From NCBI GenBank assembly GCA_045597545.1, contig JAZLKH010000011.1:1284-65283 (forward strand): 64,000 nt of DNA, in the 5' to 3' direction. The translations under genes and the position numbers were made by a program. The DNA is from Fibrobacter sp. Lineage in GTDB: Bacteria > Fibrobacterota > Fibrobacteria > Fibrobacterales > Fibrobacteraceae. This document shows positions 25,771 through 35,507 of the stretch, piece after piece; position 1 is the stretch's first letter; each line of letters starts with the position of its first letter. The notes beneath the pieces were generated by a model that saw only the letters and a list, made by a program, of their open reading frames with translations, was not told the origin of the DNA and did no database searches.

Positions 25771-28614
25771 ATGAAAAAATTTTCCCTACTACCATCCCTT
25801 GGCGTTACCGCATTTTTCTTTGCATGCGGCGGCGACACCACAGAAAACATCACCAACAACTATACCAGTGGAATGGAGATTGCCGATAAGCTTTCTGACC
25901 TGCCCAAGTGCACCGCCGACAATGCAGGCGAACAGTACATGGTAAAAAGCGATGCAGATGTTTATGTGTGTACAGGCAAGGACTGGAAAAAACTTGGTGG
26001 CGAAACTTCAACCGACACTGTCTATGTTTCTGGCGAAAATATAACCTGCACTACGGAACCCCTTGCAGACAGCAGTGGAGTGAACATTCTTTGCAACGAT
26101 AAAGTTATTGGATCTATACTGAATGGATCTAAAGGCGAGCAAGGCGATGACGGTAAAGATGGCGCAGGCTGCAGCGTAATTTACCAAACCGAAGAAAGCG
26201 TCACAATCAAATGTGGCGACGACAAGTTCAACATGAACCTGAACGGCGGTGGCGAAGTAATTACACCAGCCGATGACATTATGTTCCTGGAAGAACTGCA
26301 GGGTGTCGCACAGAAGGGGCCATTTGCTGCAGGTTCAAGCGTTCTCGTTTATGAACTGAAAGGCGACAAGAACCTTACCAAGACAAACAGATTCTTTGAC
26401 GGCATGATTACAAGCGATGACGGAAAGTACAGCATCAACAATATTTCCCTTGCTTCTCCATACGCACTCCTGGAAGCAAACGGCTACTACCTCAATGAAG
26501 TCGGCTCCTCACGCGCCTATACCACATCTCCCATCAAGCTCTATGCCTATACAGATTTGAGCGACCGCAAAAAAGCAAACATAAATGTGCTAACCCACTT
26601 GGAATACTTCCGCGTGCGTGAACTCATGGCCAATAGCGACGGGACCTTAAAGCTCACAGATGCAAAGAAACAGGCGCAAAAGGAAATTTTTGCAGCATTC
26701 GGCATTGACGCCAAAAACTTCGACGCAAGCGAAGACTTGAACATCTTGGGTACAAGCGACCAGAGCGCTGCGCTCCTTGCCGTAAGCGTTTTGGTGAAAC
26801 TATATGTGGGTGACAGTAAACTGACAGCAAGATTAACCCAAATAGGCCAAGACATAGCAAAGGATGGTAAGTGGAATGATGCAGCACTACGCGCTAGCAT
26901 TGCCGACTTGGCAGACAGTGCGGATCTTGGTGAGGACCGCTACTCCGTGAACACTACCCTTCCTAAAATTAGAAGCAACGCATCTGACTGGGGCAATGTC
27001 CCTGATTTTGAAAAGTATGTGCGCAACTTCTGGTATAACGAATACGGCCTTGGTGCTTGCGATGAAAGTAACAAGAACGTTGTTGCTCGTGACACAAACA
27101 GCAAAAGCGCCCTTTACGCAAGCAAGTATGCCTACGCTGGTTCAAACGATAAAAAGGTTCGCTTTATTTGTGATGAAAAGTCAAAACTTTGGCGCCGTGC
27201 GACCGACATCGAAAAGGACACTGCAGGCTGGGGCAACAACTTTAAAAACGGCGATGTGCGCAACGGTCAAGTGAACACGAACCTCGTGTATGTCTATGAA
27301 GATGGCAAGTGGAGACATGGAACGGCAATAGACAGCCTAATGTATGAGCAGAGGGCAAACGGAGGCAAGGCCTGCACAAAGTCTGCCCTGAACGACACCT
27401 CTACAGTCAAGGTCAACAACCTTTACTATGTGTGCTCTGCCGGAACTCAAGATACCGCCTATCGCTGGACAAATACGGCAGGGAACTTTTACAACGACAC
27501 TTATGAAGCACGCACTAAATGCTCTACTAAGACGGACGGCGACTTGATAAACGGTCGCGTAAATACAAGCAAGGTCTATGCTTGCAATGGAACAACAGGC
27601 TGGAAAGAAATAACCGACGGACTATCGAAGACTCTTGGTGGTTGCTACACGAACCTGATAGACTCTGTGGGGCTTTACAGCGGAACATACTATGTGTGCC
27701 TCAGTAACGGCTGGGTATGGGCAAGCGAAGCTCGCATCAACACGATTCATTATGAATGTAAAAAGAATGGTGAGCTTTTGAAGGGACTTGTGAATACAGA
27801 CAAATATTACACCTGCGATGCCGATACATTTAGGGTCGAAAGGGATTCTATTGCAATAAATTACTTTGAAAAGGCATGCGTATCGTACCTTGAAAGCGTG
27901 ACCGCGAAGAACGGTACAAAATGGCTTTGTGAAAACAGCAAGTGGGTGTGGGATGATAATGCGATTATCGGTTCAATAACAGACAGTCGTGACGGCAAGA
28001 AATATAAGACAACAACCATAGCTACACAGACCTGGATGGCAGAGAACCTGAACTATGACTACAATGAGGGGACTGCCAAGAGCTACTGCTATAACAACAG
28101 CGCAGATTCTTGTGCTAAGTATGGCAGACTCTATATGTGGTCCGCCGCCATGGACTCTGCCGGAGTATTTTCTGCTACTGGCAAGGGCTGCGGTGATGGC
28201 GTTACATGTGATGTCGCTTCGGCAAGCTCAGCGACCTTGGTGCGAGGCGTTTGCCCCGAGGGCTGGCACTTGCCGAGTAATGCAGAACGCAACACTCTAA
28301 TTAATGCTGTTGGAGGGTCTAATGTAGCTGGTACTAAACTTAAATCTACTAGCGGCTGGAAGAACGATAGTTACGGTGAATCAGGCAATGGCAAAGATAC
28401 GTATGGTTTCTCAATGCTTCCTGCAGGCGGTTTCTTCGACGGCAATCGTTTCTACGGTAGCGGTGAATGGTGGAGTTTCTGGCATTCGATAGAGTCAACA
28501 GGGTCTCCCAGTAATAAATACTCTGCCAACTCCACTTCCTTCGGGGTTTCTGGTATGAATTCTTCGACATCGGTGAAGTATACCGGCTATTCAGTCCGTT
28601 GCCTCAAGGACTAA
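25771..28614 (+). CDS. FISUMP (Fib_succ_major) domain lipoprotein
   Basis: FFFAC lipobox, Cys/Trp repeats, C-terminal DSRDGKKYKT..I.TQTWMAENLNY...YGRLY.W...CPEGWHLP...YSVRCLKD. Confidence 0.92.
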   Translation: MKKFSLLPSLGVTAFFFACGGDTTENITNNYTSGMEIADKLSDLPKCTADNAGEQYMVKSDADVYVCTGKDWKKLGGETSTDTVYVSGENITCTTEPLADSSGVNILCNDKVIGSILNGSKGEQGDDGKDGAGCSVIYQTEESVTIKCGDDKFNMNLNGGGEVITPADDIMFLEELQGVAQKGPFAAGSSVLVYELKGDKNLTKTNRFFDGMITSDDGKYSINNISLASPYALLEANGYYLNEVGSSRAYTTSPIKLYAYTDLSDRKKANINVLTHLEYFRVRELMANSDGTLKLTDAKKQAQKEIFAAFGIDAKNFDASEDLNILGTSDQSAALLAVSVLVKLYVGDSKLTARLTQIGQDIAKDGKWNDAALRASIADLADSADLGEDRYSVNTTLPKIRSNASDWGNVPDFEKYVRNFWYNEYGLGACDESNKNVVARDTNSKSALYASKYAYAGSNDKKVRFICDEKSKLWRRATDIEKDTAGWGNNFKNGDVRNGQVNTNLVYVYEDGKWRHGTAIDSLMYEQRANGGKACTKSALNDTSTVKVNNLYYVCSAGTQDTAYRWTNTAGNFYNDTYEARTKCSTKTDGDLINGRVNTSKVYACNGTTGWKEITDGLSKTLGGCYTNLIDSVGLYSGTYYVCLSNGWVWASEARINTIHYECKKNGELLKGLVNTDKYYTCDADTFRVERDSIAINYFEKACVSYLESVTAKNGTKWLCENSKWVWDDNAIIGSITDSRDGKKYKTTTIATQTWMAENLNYDYNEGTAKSYCYNNSADSCAKYGRLYMWSAAMDSAGVFSATGKGCGDGVTCDVASASSATLVRGVCPEGWHLPSNAERNTLINAVGGSNVAGTKLKSTSGWKNDSYGESGNGKDTYGFSMLPAGGFFDGNRFYGSGEWWSFWHSIESTGSPSNKYSANSTSFGVSGMNSSTSVKYTGYSVRCLKD
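28213..28236 (-). repeat. REP-like palindrome inside the FISUMP domain
   Basis: GTCGCT-TCGGCAAGCTC-AGCGAC; reverse complement carries the CTGAGC-N4-CGAAG core. Confidence 0.55.
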
Positions 28615-28639
28615 AACATTCTTCAAAAAAGGATTTAAT

Positions 28640-29599
28640 ATGACAAAGAAAAAAGTTGAAAAGAATGTAATCCAGTTTATGCACCCAAGCAATCTTGTTT
28701 CTCATCCTAAAATATTTAAGGGAGAAAGCCGTTGGTTTAAAAACTTCGATAACAAAGAAATCCTGCTTTGGAATTATTCTACCCACAATCGCAAGCCGAT
28801 GATTGCAGAAGGAGAATACCTTTGCAAAAATTCCGTGAAAAGCAAAGAACTCATTTTTTGGGGAGAATGGGAAGAATGTTCCATTTACGAAAACGGCTAC
28901 TTTATTCCTGTCCTAGCTACCAACAAGCCTAAAGGCAAAACGAATACAGATCCCTTTGTATTTGGCGACCATTTCTATTACACGACATGCCAGCAAAAAG
29001 ACAAAAACAGTGACTTGACTGATTTAGAAAAAGGAGCCTTGATTCTTTTTGGTTGTCATAAAGATAATTCCTTCTACATTGATACGGTCTTTGTAGTTGG
29101 CGATATCCTAGATCAAGATGAAATAGAAAAAAAGAAGGGCTCTTTTTCAAAAGCTTTCCAAACGGCCGTCCTTGACGCTCTAGTTTCAAAAGGTGCGCAA
29201 GGTGAATCCAAAAATCGTCGCCACAACAAATGCAAAACCTATGTTGGTCAAATGTATTCAGAAGACCAAGACTTCTATAGTTTTGTCCCATGCGTTCTTG
29301 ACAAACAGGAAACCCCAGAAAAAGCCCGCTTTAAATTATCCGAAAAATTAATGAAAAAATTCAATTTAAAGCCCAACTTGCGCCAACACTATGCAGTCAT
29401 CGAGAATGCCAATGCAAAATCTTTATGGAAAGAAATTGTAAAGGAAGTCAAAGATCCATTTTCCATCGCTGTTAAGTTTGAAGAACCCAAAGATTATGAA
29501 TTGAAATTGAGTTCTGCAAAAAAAGATTGGCTAAAGAAGTTCCATGATAGTTGCAATCTCAAAAAAGAAAACGACAGCAACTGTAACGCAATATGTTAA
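28640..29599 (+). CDS. AT-rich hypothetical protein, possibly Nmad (nucleotide-modification-associated domain)-like
   Basis: 319 aa; FWGEWE, NTDPFVFGDHFYYTTCQQ...L..GALILFG...FYIDTVFVV, YSFVPC. Confidence 0.5.
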   Translation: MTKKKVEKNVIQFMHPSNLVSHPKIFKGESRWFKNFDNKEILLWNYSTHNRKPMIAEGEYLCKNSVKSKELIFWGEWEECSIYENGYFIPVLATNKPKGKTNTDPFVFGDHFYYTTCQQKDKNSDLTDLEKGALILFGCHKDNSFYIDTVFVVGDILDQDEIEKKKGSFSKAFQTAVLDALVSKGAQGESKNRRHNKCKTYVGQMYSEDQDFYSFVPCVLDKQETPEKARFKLSEKLMKKFNLKPNLRQHYAVIENANAKSLWKEIVKEVKDPFSIAVKFEEPKDYELKLSSAKKDWLKKFHDSCNLKKENDSNCNAIC

Positions 29600-29616
29600 T
29601 TAAAAAAGGACCAACC

Positions 29617-31227
29617 ATGAAAAAATTCCCTCTATTACTCTCCCTTGGCGTTTCCGCATTCTTCTTTGCATGCGGTGACGACAGCAGCAGTGCCACAAAC
29701 AGCGAGACAATCGCTGACGAAAGCTCCAGCAGCGAAAGCACCGACACGGAGCTCAGCAGTTCCTCCGAAAAAGAAGGCGATTCCCCTGTTGAGAGCAGTT
29801 CCTCAAAAACGGACACCCCGATAAGGCCACAGGTTGAAAAGGCCGGCTTTGTCACATGGTACGGCGACGAGGGCATATACCGCATAAACACCGGTCGCGA
29901 TGCCGGCTCCCAAAAATCTGGATTGTGGTACAGCTACACAGACAACAGCAACGGCGGCGCTTCCCAAATCAAATGGCCTGTTCCTCTTGGTGAAGGCGCA
30001 GACGGTTTCAAGTCAGTCATAGACTACTGCGGGGGCATTTGCGGAAACATCGTTCTGGACCAGGGCTCGCTCGATTACCGACCGTATGTCGGGCTAAGCT
30101 TCAACATTGCCGGTGAAGACAAAAACGGCAAGCAGATGACCGCAGACGTCACCGATATGAAGGGTCTCTGCATCAGCTATGTTTCCGACTTCCCTGCTAA
30201 ACTAAAGCTCGGCCTCGGCGATTCCCTGGACAAGGAAATCAATTACAGCAACCACGATGTTTACCTACCCAAGGCAGAATACGGAACCGTCCAAAAATTC
30301 GCTTGGTCTGACTTTACGCAGACTGGTTTCGCGTCACAAGAAATTTCCATAGAAACTGCAATCAAAAACATTGCAACCTTCACATTTGAAATTTCCGAAC
30401 TTTCCGGAACGGAAGGATTCTTCAACATCATATCCATCGGTGCTTACGACGGAGAATGCTTGATTCCAAGCACTTCCATTGTCCCAGAGGAAGTAATCCC
30501 CGAAGTCAACTTCCAGTTGGATTCCATTTCAGCCATGGTCCAGAAACAACTTTTGGCAGAGCTAGGCGTAAAGGGGAACTATCCGAATTTCCCCAATATT
30601 ATGGACGTTCGCGAAGAAAGGGTTTCCGAAGATAAAACAGAATGGAGGGGATCGTTGTTTTGGTATGCTCTTGAAACAGGCATTGGCACAGATCCGCATC
30701 CTTGGTACACATTTTCCAAGGAACCGGAACCGATAATAGCCCATTCCTCGTACCCAAAGTCCTCGTACCCAGAACCATCTCCTTGCAAAGCACTCTGCCT
30801 CACTATCGATGCCAAACCATCCGTATATTACGGGGCCGGTGCAGACCTTGTAGCAGAATTACAAGCAAAGGGCGCAAACCTGAGCAAGTACAAGCAAATA
30901 AACCTGGCTTACACTTCCACGACCTTGCCTCTTGACATTGTGCTTGTTCCAAAGCAGAACGAAGCCCTCATTGGCGACGACATCTACGAAATCAACCAGG
31001 GCGACAACTTCCGCATCACCCTCCCTGCCACGGGCGACAAAATCAGCGAAGTCACATTGCTGTTCACTGACTTTGCACAGGAAGGCTGGGGCGTCAAGCA
31101 GAACATCGACGACGTAATCAAGGAACTTGGCGCAATCCAGTTCGCAATAAACGGCTACAAAATCGATTTCAAGTCCGAAGAAAGCATATCAACGGACATC
31201 ACGATTTACGGCCTCGGCTGGGAATAG
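29617..31227 (+). CDS. Lipoprotein with two CIA30/CBM11-like beta-sandwich domains
   Basis: MKKFPLLLSLGVSAFFFAC lipobox; WYSYTD...GG.S; FAWSDFTQTGF and FTDFAQEGWG motifs. Confidence 0.7.
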   Translation: MKKFPLLLSLGVSAFFFACGDDSSSATNSETIADESSSSESTDTELSSSSEKEGDSPVESSSSKTDTPIRPQVEKAGFVTWYGDEGIYRINTGRDAGSQKSGLWYSYTDNSNGGASQIKWPVPLGEGADGFKSVIDYCGGICGNIVLDQGSLDYRPYVGLSFNIAGEDKNGKQMTADVTDMKGLCISYVSDFPAKLKLGLGDSLDKEINYSNHDVYLPKAEYGTVQKFAWSDFTQTGFASQEISIETAIKNIATFTFEISELSGTEGFFNIISIGAYDGECLIPSTSIVPEEVIPEVNFQLDSISAMVQKQLLAELGVKGNYPNFPNIMDVREERVSEDKTEWRGSLFWYALETGIGTDPHPWYTFSKEPEPIIAHSSYPKSSYPEPSPCKALCLTIDAKPSVYYGAGADLVAELQAKGANLSKYKQINLAYTSTTLPLDIVLVPKQNEALIGDDIYEINQGDNFRITLPATGDKISEVTLLFTDFAQEGWGVKQNIDDVIKELGAIQFAINGYKIDFKSEESISTDITIYGLGWE

Positions 31228-31237
31228 AAATAAACAT

Positions 31238-31270
31238 AAAACGCCCCGAAATTTTTCGGAGCGTTCTTTT
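31238..31270. terminator. Bidirectional terminator
   Basis: AAAACGCCCCGAA..TTCGGAGCGTT between convergent genes. Confidence 0.55.
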
Positions 31271-31273
31271 CAT

Positions 31274-32692
31274 CTATCCAACCAAATCGTTCAATACGAT
31301 TTGGTTGTTGACGATTCCGTTGTACTTGCCGCTTGAAAGTCCATAGGTCGTTACAAAAGTAAGCTGCATCGACTTTTTGGGATTTTCTTCCATAAATCGC
31401 TGAATCTTGTTTCGCAAGTTCATTTCGTAGCTTTCGTTAATCGAGAACTGGGCTATCGAAAACTTCATTTCGCAAATATTGACCGTATTATCGGCCCGGT
31501 CAATCACCAAGTCGATTTGCGCACCTTTGTTCCCCTTATCAACTGCACGCCATACATAATTCCTGCTTTCAATTCCGGAGATTCCAAGTTTTTCCTTTAT
31601 TTTTTGTTCATGCAGCATGACCAAGTTTTCAAAAGTGAGGCCCGCCCAGGCATAAAAAATAGGCTTTCCCTGAACTTGCTGCCAGCTTGAAACGGATTCC
31701 TGTTCAATAAAATTGAAATAGAATAGCGAGTAGAAATCGACAAGCTGGTATAACAGGGTATTCCCTCGAGTACCTTTGAAAACAGGATAAGAGCGAATAA
31801 ACCCGCAGGATTCCAGATTTTCAAGAACGGTAGAAAGTCCTTTCCCGGATTTCAATCCTGTTTTTTCGATGATTTCTTCTCGGGTCATTCCGTAACGTTT
31901 TTCGTTCAGAGCCTTTACAACGGTAATGTAGTCGTCTGAATTTTTGAAAAGAGCCGAATAGAGATTCTTGAATTCGTTACGCAGTTCGCCCTGTTTTTTA
32001 AAGAACAAGTCGTCAATGTTTTGGACAAGGCTTTTTGAAGGGTCCAGCTTATCCAAGTAGAACGGAACTCCACCCATACACATGTAAAGCGTCGAAATGT
32101 CGTAAAGCGAGGCTTTGAAGCCCTTGTTTTCCAGGAATTGTCTTGTCTCGCCAAGAGTAAACTGCTGAAGAAAAATTTGACAGGTCAGGCGATTATGCAG
32201 ACCGCCATGGTCGTTTATGAGCTTGTTCATCATCCAGGATGTTGCAGAGCCGCAAACAACGAGAACAATGTCCTTTCGTGCGGAAGCCCACGCATTCCAA
32301 AAATGTTCCAACGCAAGAATAAAATTGGATTTCGGAGTGTCCATCCAGGGCAATTCATCAAGAAAGATTACCTTTCGTTTTTGCCTTGATGCAGATACAA
32401 GCGTACGCAACAAAAAGAAAACATCTGTCCAACTGCGCGGCTTTTCATGGGGAATGTTTCGCAATCCCGCTTCAAGCATTTCTTTATAGAAGCTTGTTAT
32501 TTGAAGTTGGAGATTGCCGTTTGCAAGTCCCGCTGTTTGAAAAACGATGCTTTCATCAAAAAACTCTCTAACGAGAAAGGTCTTGCCAATGCGGCGCCTA
32601 CCGCAAACAACCACGAACTCCGATTTGCGCGACGAGAAAATTTTTTCAAGCGCTGCTTTTTCCTGATTACGACCTAAAATAAGCTCTTTCAT
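31274..32692 (-). CDS. AAA+ ATPase (archaeal ATPase type) with wHTH and C-terminal PD-(D/E)xK domain
   Basis: GRNQE, GRRRIGKT, IFLDELPW, CGSATSW, GGVPFYL, AQIDLVIDRAD...ICEMKF. Confidence 0.85.
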   Translation of the reverse strand: MKELILGRNQEKAALEKIFSSRKSEFVVVCGRRRIGKTFLVREFFDESIVFQTAGLANGNLQLQITSFYKEMLEAGLRNIPHEKPRSWTDVFFLLRTLVSASRQKRKVIFLDELPWMDTPKSNFILALEHFWNAWASARKDIVLVVCGSATSWMMNKLINDHGGLHNRLTCQIFLQQFTLGETRQFLENKGFKASLYDISTLYMCMGGVPFYLDKLDPSKSLVQNIDDLFFKKQGELRNEFKNLYSALFKNSDDYITVVKALNEKRYGMTREEIIEKTGLKSGKGLSTVLENLESCGFIRSYPVFKGTRGNTLLYQLVDFYSLFYFNFIEQESVSSWQQVQGKPIFYAWAGLTFENLVMLHEQKIKEKLGISGIESRNYVWRAVDKGNKGAQIDLVIDRADNTVNICEMKFSIAQFSINESYEMNLRNKIQRFMEENPKKSMQLTFVTTYGLSSGKYNGIVNNQIVLNDLVG

Positions 32693-32705
32693 ACTCTTAA
32701 TATAG

Positions 32706-32753
32706 TATAATTTGCCACGAACAGTATAAAAACACGTTTCGTGGCAATTTATA
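32706..32753. promoter_or_regulatory. 16-bp inverted repeat upstream of the AAA+ gene (putative operator)
   Basis: TATAATTTGCCACGAA-N16-TTCGTGGCAATTTATA (one mismatch). Confidence 0.55.
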
Positions 32754-32835
32754 GCAACCTACAGTTCATTGACTTAATCGTTTTAAGTTCAAGAAAAATT
32801 TTCCCTAATCTCCGGCAAGCTTTCACGCACATCCC

Positions 32836-32962
32836 GTATTCTAAATGTGTATCGTATCGTAATTTTAAAATTCAAAGTTCAATATTTCACGATTTTTCAA
32901 AGAAAAATTCAGATTTTCGTATCGTTTTTACATTGACACGCTTGTTTTTTAAGTCTATCTTT
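32836..32962 (+). promoter_or_regulatory. Second copy of the GTATCG-box promoter block
   Basis: GTATTCTAAATGTGTATCGTATCG ... TTTTCGTATCGTTTTTACATTGACA; spacing to TTGAC is 97 bp versus 96 bp in the first copy. Confidence 0.6.
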
Positions 32963-32991
32963 TCAAAAAACACAATTAAAAAAGGAAAAAC

Positions 32992-33291
32992 ATGATCAAG
33001 AAACTCATTACAGCAGCTTCCATCATAGCACTCTCCTGCTGCTTTTTCGGCTGCAAGAGCGACGAAGAGAAATGCCTAGAAGACCACGATTTCGATGCCT
33101 GCCAGAAGGCTCTTAAAAAGGAGATGGAAAATCTCGACAAAAACATGGAAAAGGCAAAGAAAGATTTTGACAAGGCTGTAGACAAAGCACGTTCTTCTTT
33201 AGGCAACAGCGACTTTCCTGAAGAATGCGTTGATTCCGAAGGCCAATATGTAGGCGACGAAACCTGCGCTAGACTTATGGGAGCCAATTAA
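32992..33291 (+). CDS. Small lipoprotein
   Basis: AAGGAAAA RBS; MIKKLITAASIIALSCCFFGC lipobox; helical body with paired Cys. Confidence 0.7.
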   Translation: MIKKLITAASIIALSCCFFGCKSDEEKCLEDHDFDACQKALKKEMENLDKNMEKAKKDFDKAVDKARSSLGNSDFPEECVDSEGQYVGDETCARLMGAN

Positions 33292-33339
33292 CAGCACCGT
33301 AAGTATTGAACTTACATTACAAAAAGGAGAATCATCACT

Positions 33340-35346
33340 ATGCCATTTTGCTCGAATTGCGGCAACCAGTTGCTAGACAATCAACGGTTCTGCCCCAAGT
33401 GCGGAACGCCTCTTGCCACAAACACCACATCAGCAGCACCGGCCCAGCAGCCAGTACCCGCAACACCTCAACAAGTTCCCCCCGCCCAGCCGACGCAAGC
33501 GACCGAATCTACCGGCGCAGCCCCCATTCTCGGAGTTTACCGAATTAAGCAAGGCAAGCTAATTGCAGGCGTTTGCACCGGTCTTGCCGCCAAGTACAAG
33601 CTGAACGTATGGATTTTCCGTGCCATAGCATTCTTTACCGGTATCGCCCTGATTCCCTACATCATTCTCGCTATCAAGAACCCCATGATTGACGCTCCTG
33701 ATGAAAGCGCTTCTGCGGACGCATCCACAAATGACAAGACTTCCGAAGCATCTGAACCCATTCTCGGAGTTTATCGAATTAAGCAAGGCAAGCTAATTGC
33801 GGGTGTTTGCACGGGTCTTGCCGCCAAGTACAAGCTGAACGTATGGATTTTCCGCGCCATCGCTTTCTTTACCGGCATCGCCCTGATTCCCTACATCATT
33901 CTTGCTATCAAGAACCCCATGATTGACGCTCCCGACGGAAGCGCCTCTACAGACACTAGCGTTCCCGCAGAAGAAGACCCCGCCTGGAAGGACTCTGGCA
34001 AGAAAAAGATTACAGCCATCATCCTCTCCATTCTCCTGGGAACCCTCGGTATAGACCGCTTCTACCTCGGTTACACTGGACTTGGCGTTGTCAAGCTGCT
34101 CACCGCAGGCGGTTGCGGCATCTGGTACATCATCGATATCGTATTCCTTTTCACAGGCAAACTTTTGCCGCGTTCTTCCGAAGGTTCCGCACCCGCAGAA
34201 TCTCTCCCCGCAGGTACAAAAGTAAAGACCGTCGGTGCTCTGCTAGGCTTCTTCGTCGGTCTTTTTGGCGCACTTGATTTCTACGCAGGCAATGTGAAGC
34301 GCGGTGTCATCAAGATTATTCTTACTATTACCGGTATTGGCACCATAGTCTCCGTCATTATGAACATGAAGGATATGTTCGGTGTCGCAAACGAAAAATA
34401 TCTGGACAAGAACGGCGAGTCTCTTAAAGGCGAACCTAAAATTGCAAAGATTCTTGCCATTATCAATGCGATCATCTACGGCGTTTCCGTGCTCGGTATA
34501 ATTATCGCCCTAGTCGCAGCTATTATTGCCGGAGGCTCTACAATCCCTGTTATCGGCAGCATTGGTTCATGGTTCTCCTCTTCTAAGCAGGCTGACGACA
34601 CCTCCGCATACGTAGAATACGAAGAAGAAGGCGATGCTATCACCAGGATGGGAGAATTCAGCTCAGACGGCTTTATCGACCCTCGCGACAGTACCTCCTA
34701 CAACTATCAAACCGTCAACGGTGTAACATGGATGACCAGGGCCATGAACTATCAGGGAGGAAATCCGGAAACCTACTGCTACGATGACGATGCCGCATAT
34801 TGTATGCACGAAGGCACGCTCTACACTTGGGAAGCAGCTCAAAAAGCATGTCCTCTAGGTTGGCGTCTCCCTACGGATAGCGATTTCAACAGCGTTCGCA
34901 ACAACCTGGATATTTTCCAGCAAAGTTATCCTGGTTTCCGCAATGCCAAGGGAAAGTACGAACTGCACGGTATCCGTCTCGATATGTGGACTCAGCACAG
35001 CAATGGCGACAAGGCTACCTACTGGTATATCAGCTCCAAGAATCCAGGTTCCCTTGCAACCAATTCCTATTCCAAGAATGGCGCTATGAGCGTCTATTGC
35101 GTAATGGACAATTTCGCCTGGCTCAGCAAGCCCCTAACTACAAACGATCTCCAGGGTTACAAATCCAGCGAACTCCGTATTCTGCGAAATGCAATCTTTG
35201 CACGTCACGGACACATATTCAAGAGTGAAGAACTCAAAAAATTCTTCAATATATTCCCTTGGTATAGTGCCCAGTATTCTGACGTTTCAAACAAGCTGAC
35301 TGCAACAGAAAAGCAAAACGTCAATCTCATCAAGAGTATGGAATAG
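33340..35346 (+). CDS. Multidomain membrane protein: zinc ribbon + 2x PspC + 2x TM2 + FISUMP + YARHG
   Basis: FCSNCG..FCPKCG; twice GKLIAGVCTGLA; LGTLGIDRFYLG..G.G..KL; DPRD..Y...WM...YTWEAA..ACPLGWRLP; LRNAIFARHGHIF. Confidence 0.8.
   Translation: MPFCSNCGNQLLDNQRFCPKCGTPLATNTTSAAPAQQPVPATPQQVPPAQPTQATESTGAAPILGVYRIKQGKLIAGVCTGLAAKYKLNVWIFRAIAFFTGIALIPYIILAIKNPMIDAPDESASADASTNDKTSEASEPILGVYRIKQGKLIAGVCTGLAAKYKLNVWIFRAIAFFTGIALIPYIILAIKNPMIDAPDGSASTDTSVPAEEDPAWKDSGKKKITAIILSILLGTLGIDRFYLGYTGLGVVKLLTAGGCGIWYIIDIVFLFTGKLLPRSSEGSAPAESLPAGTKVKTVGALLGFFVGLFGALDFYAGNVKRGVIKIILTITGIGTIVSVIMNMKDMFGVANEKYLDKNGESLKGEPKIAKILAIINAIIYGVSVLGIIIALVAAIIAGGSTIPVIGSIGSWFSSSKQADDTSAYVEYEEEGDAITRMGEFSSDGFIDPRDSTSYNYQTVNGVTWMTRAMNYQGGNPETYCYDDDAAYCMHEGTLYTWEAAQKACPLGWRLPTDSDFNSVRNNLDIFQQSYPGFRNAKGKYELHGIRLDMWTQHSNGDKATYWYISSKNPGSLATNSYSKNGAMSVYCVMDNFAWLSKPLTTNDLQGYKSSELRILRNAIFARHGHIFKSEELKKFFNIFPWYSAQYSDVSNKLTATEKQNVNLIKSME
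33523..33948 (+). repeat. Intragenic tandem duplication of the PspC module (234-bp period)
   Basis: About 190 nt near-identical copies starting at 33523 and 33757, identical over about 60 aa. Confidence 0.9.
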
Positions 35347-35369
35347 AATCTCTTAGATACATCCAAAAG

Positions 35370-35400
35370 AAGTGCCAGCTCACAATAGCTGGCACTTTTT
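35370..35400 (+). terminator. Intrinsic terminator
   Basis: AAGTGCCAGCT-CACAAT-AGCTGGCACTTTTT. Confidence 0.75.
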
Positions 35401-35507
35401 ATTTTTAAAAACCATCAATGACCATTTTGTAAATTTCAATAAAAAATAGATTCCGCAAAAGCCGTCCGTAAAAAAATTATATTTGCACCTGTAATAAGGA
35501 AAAAAAC

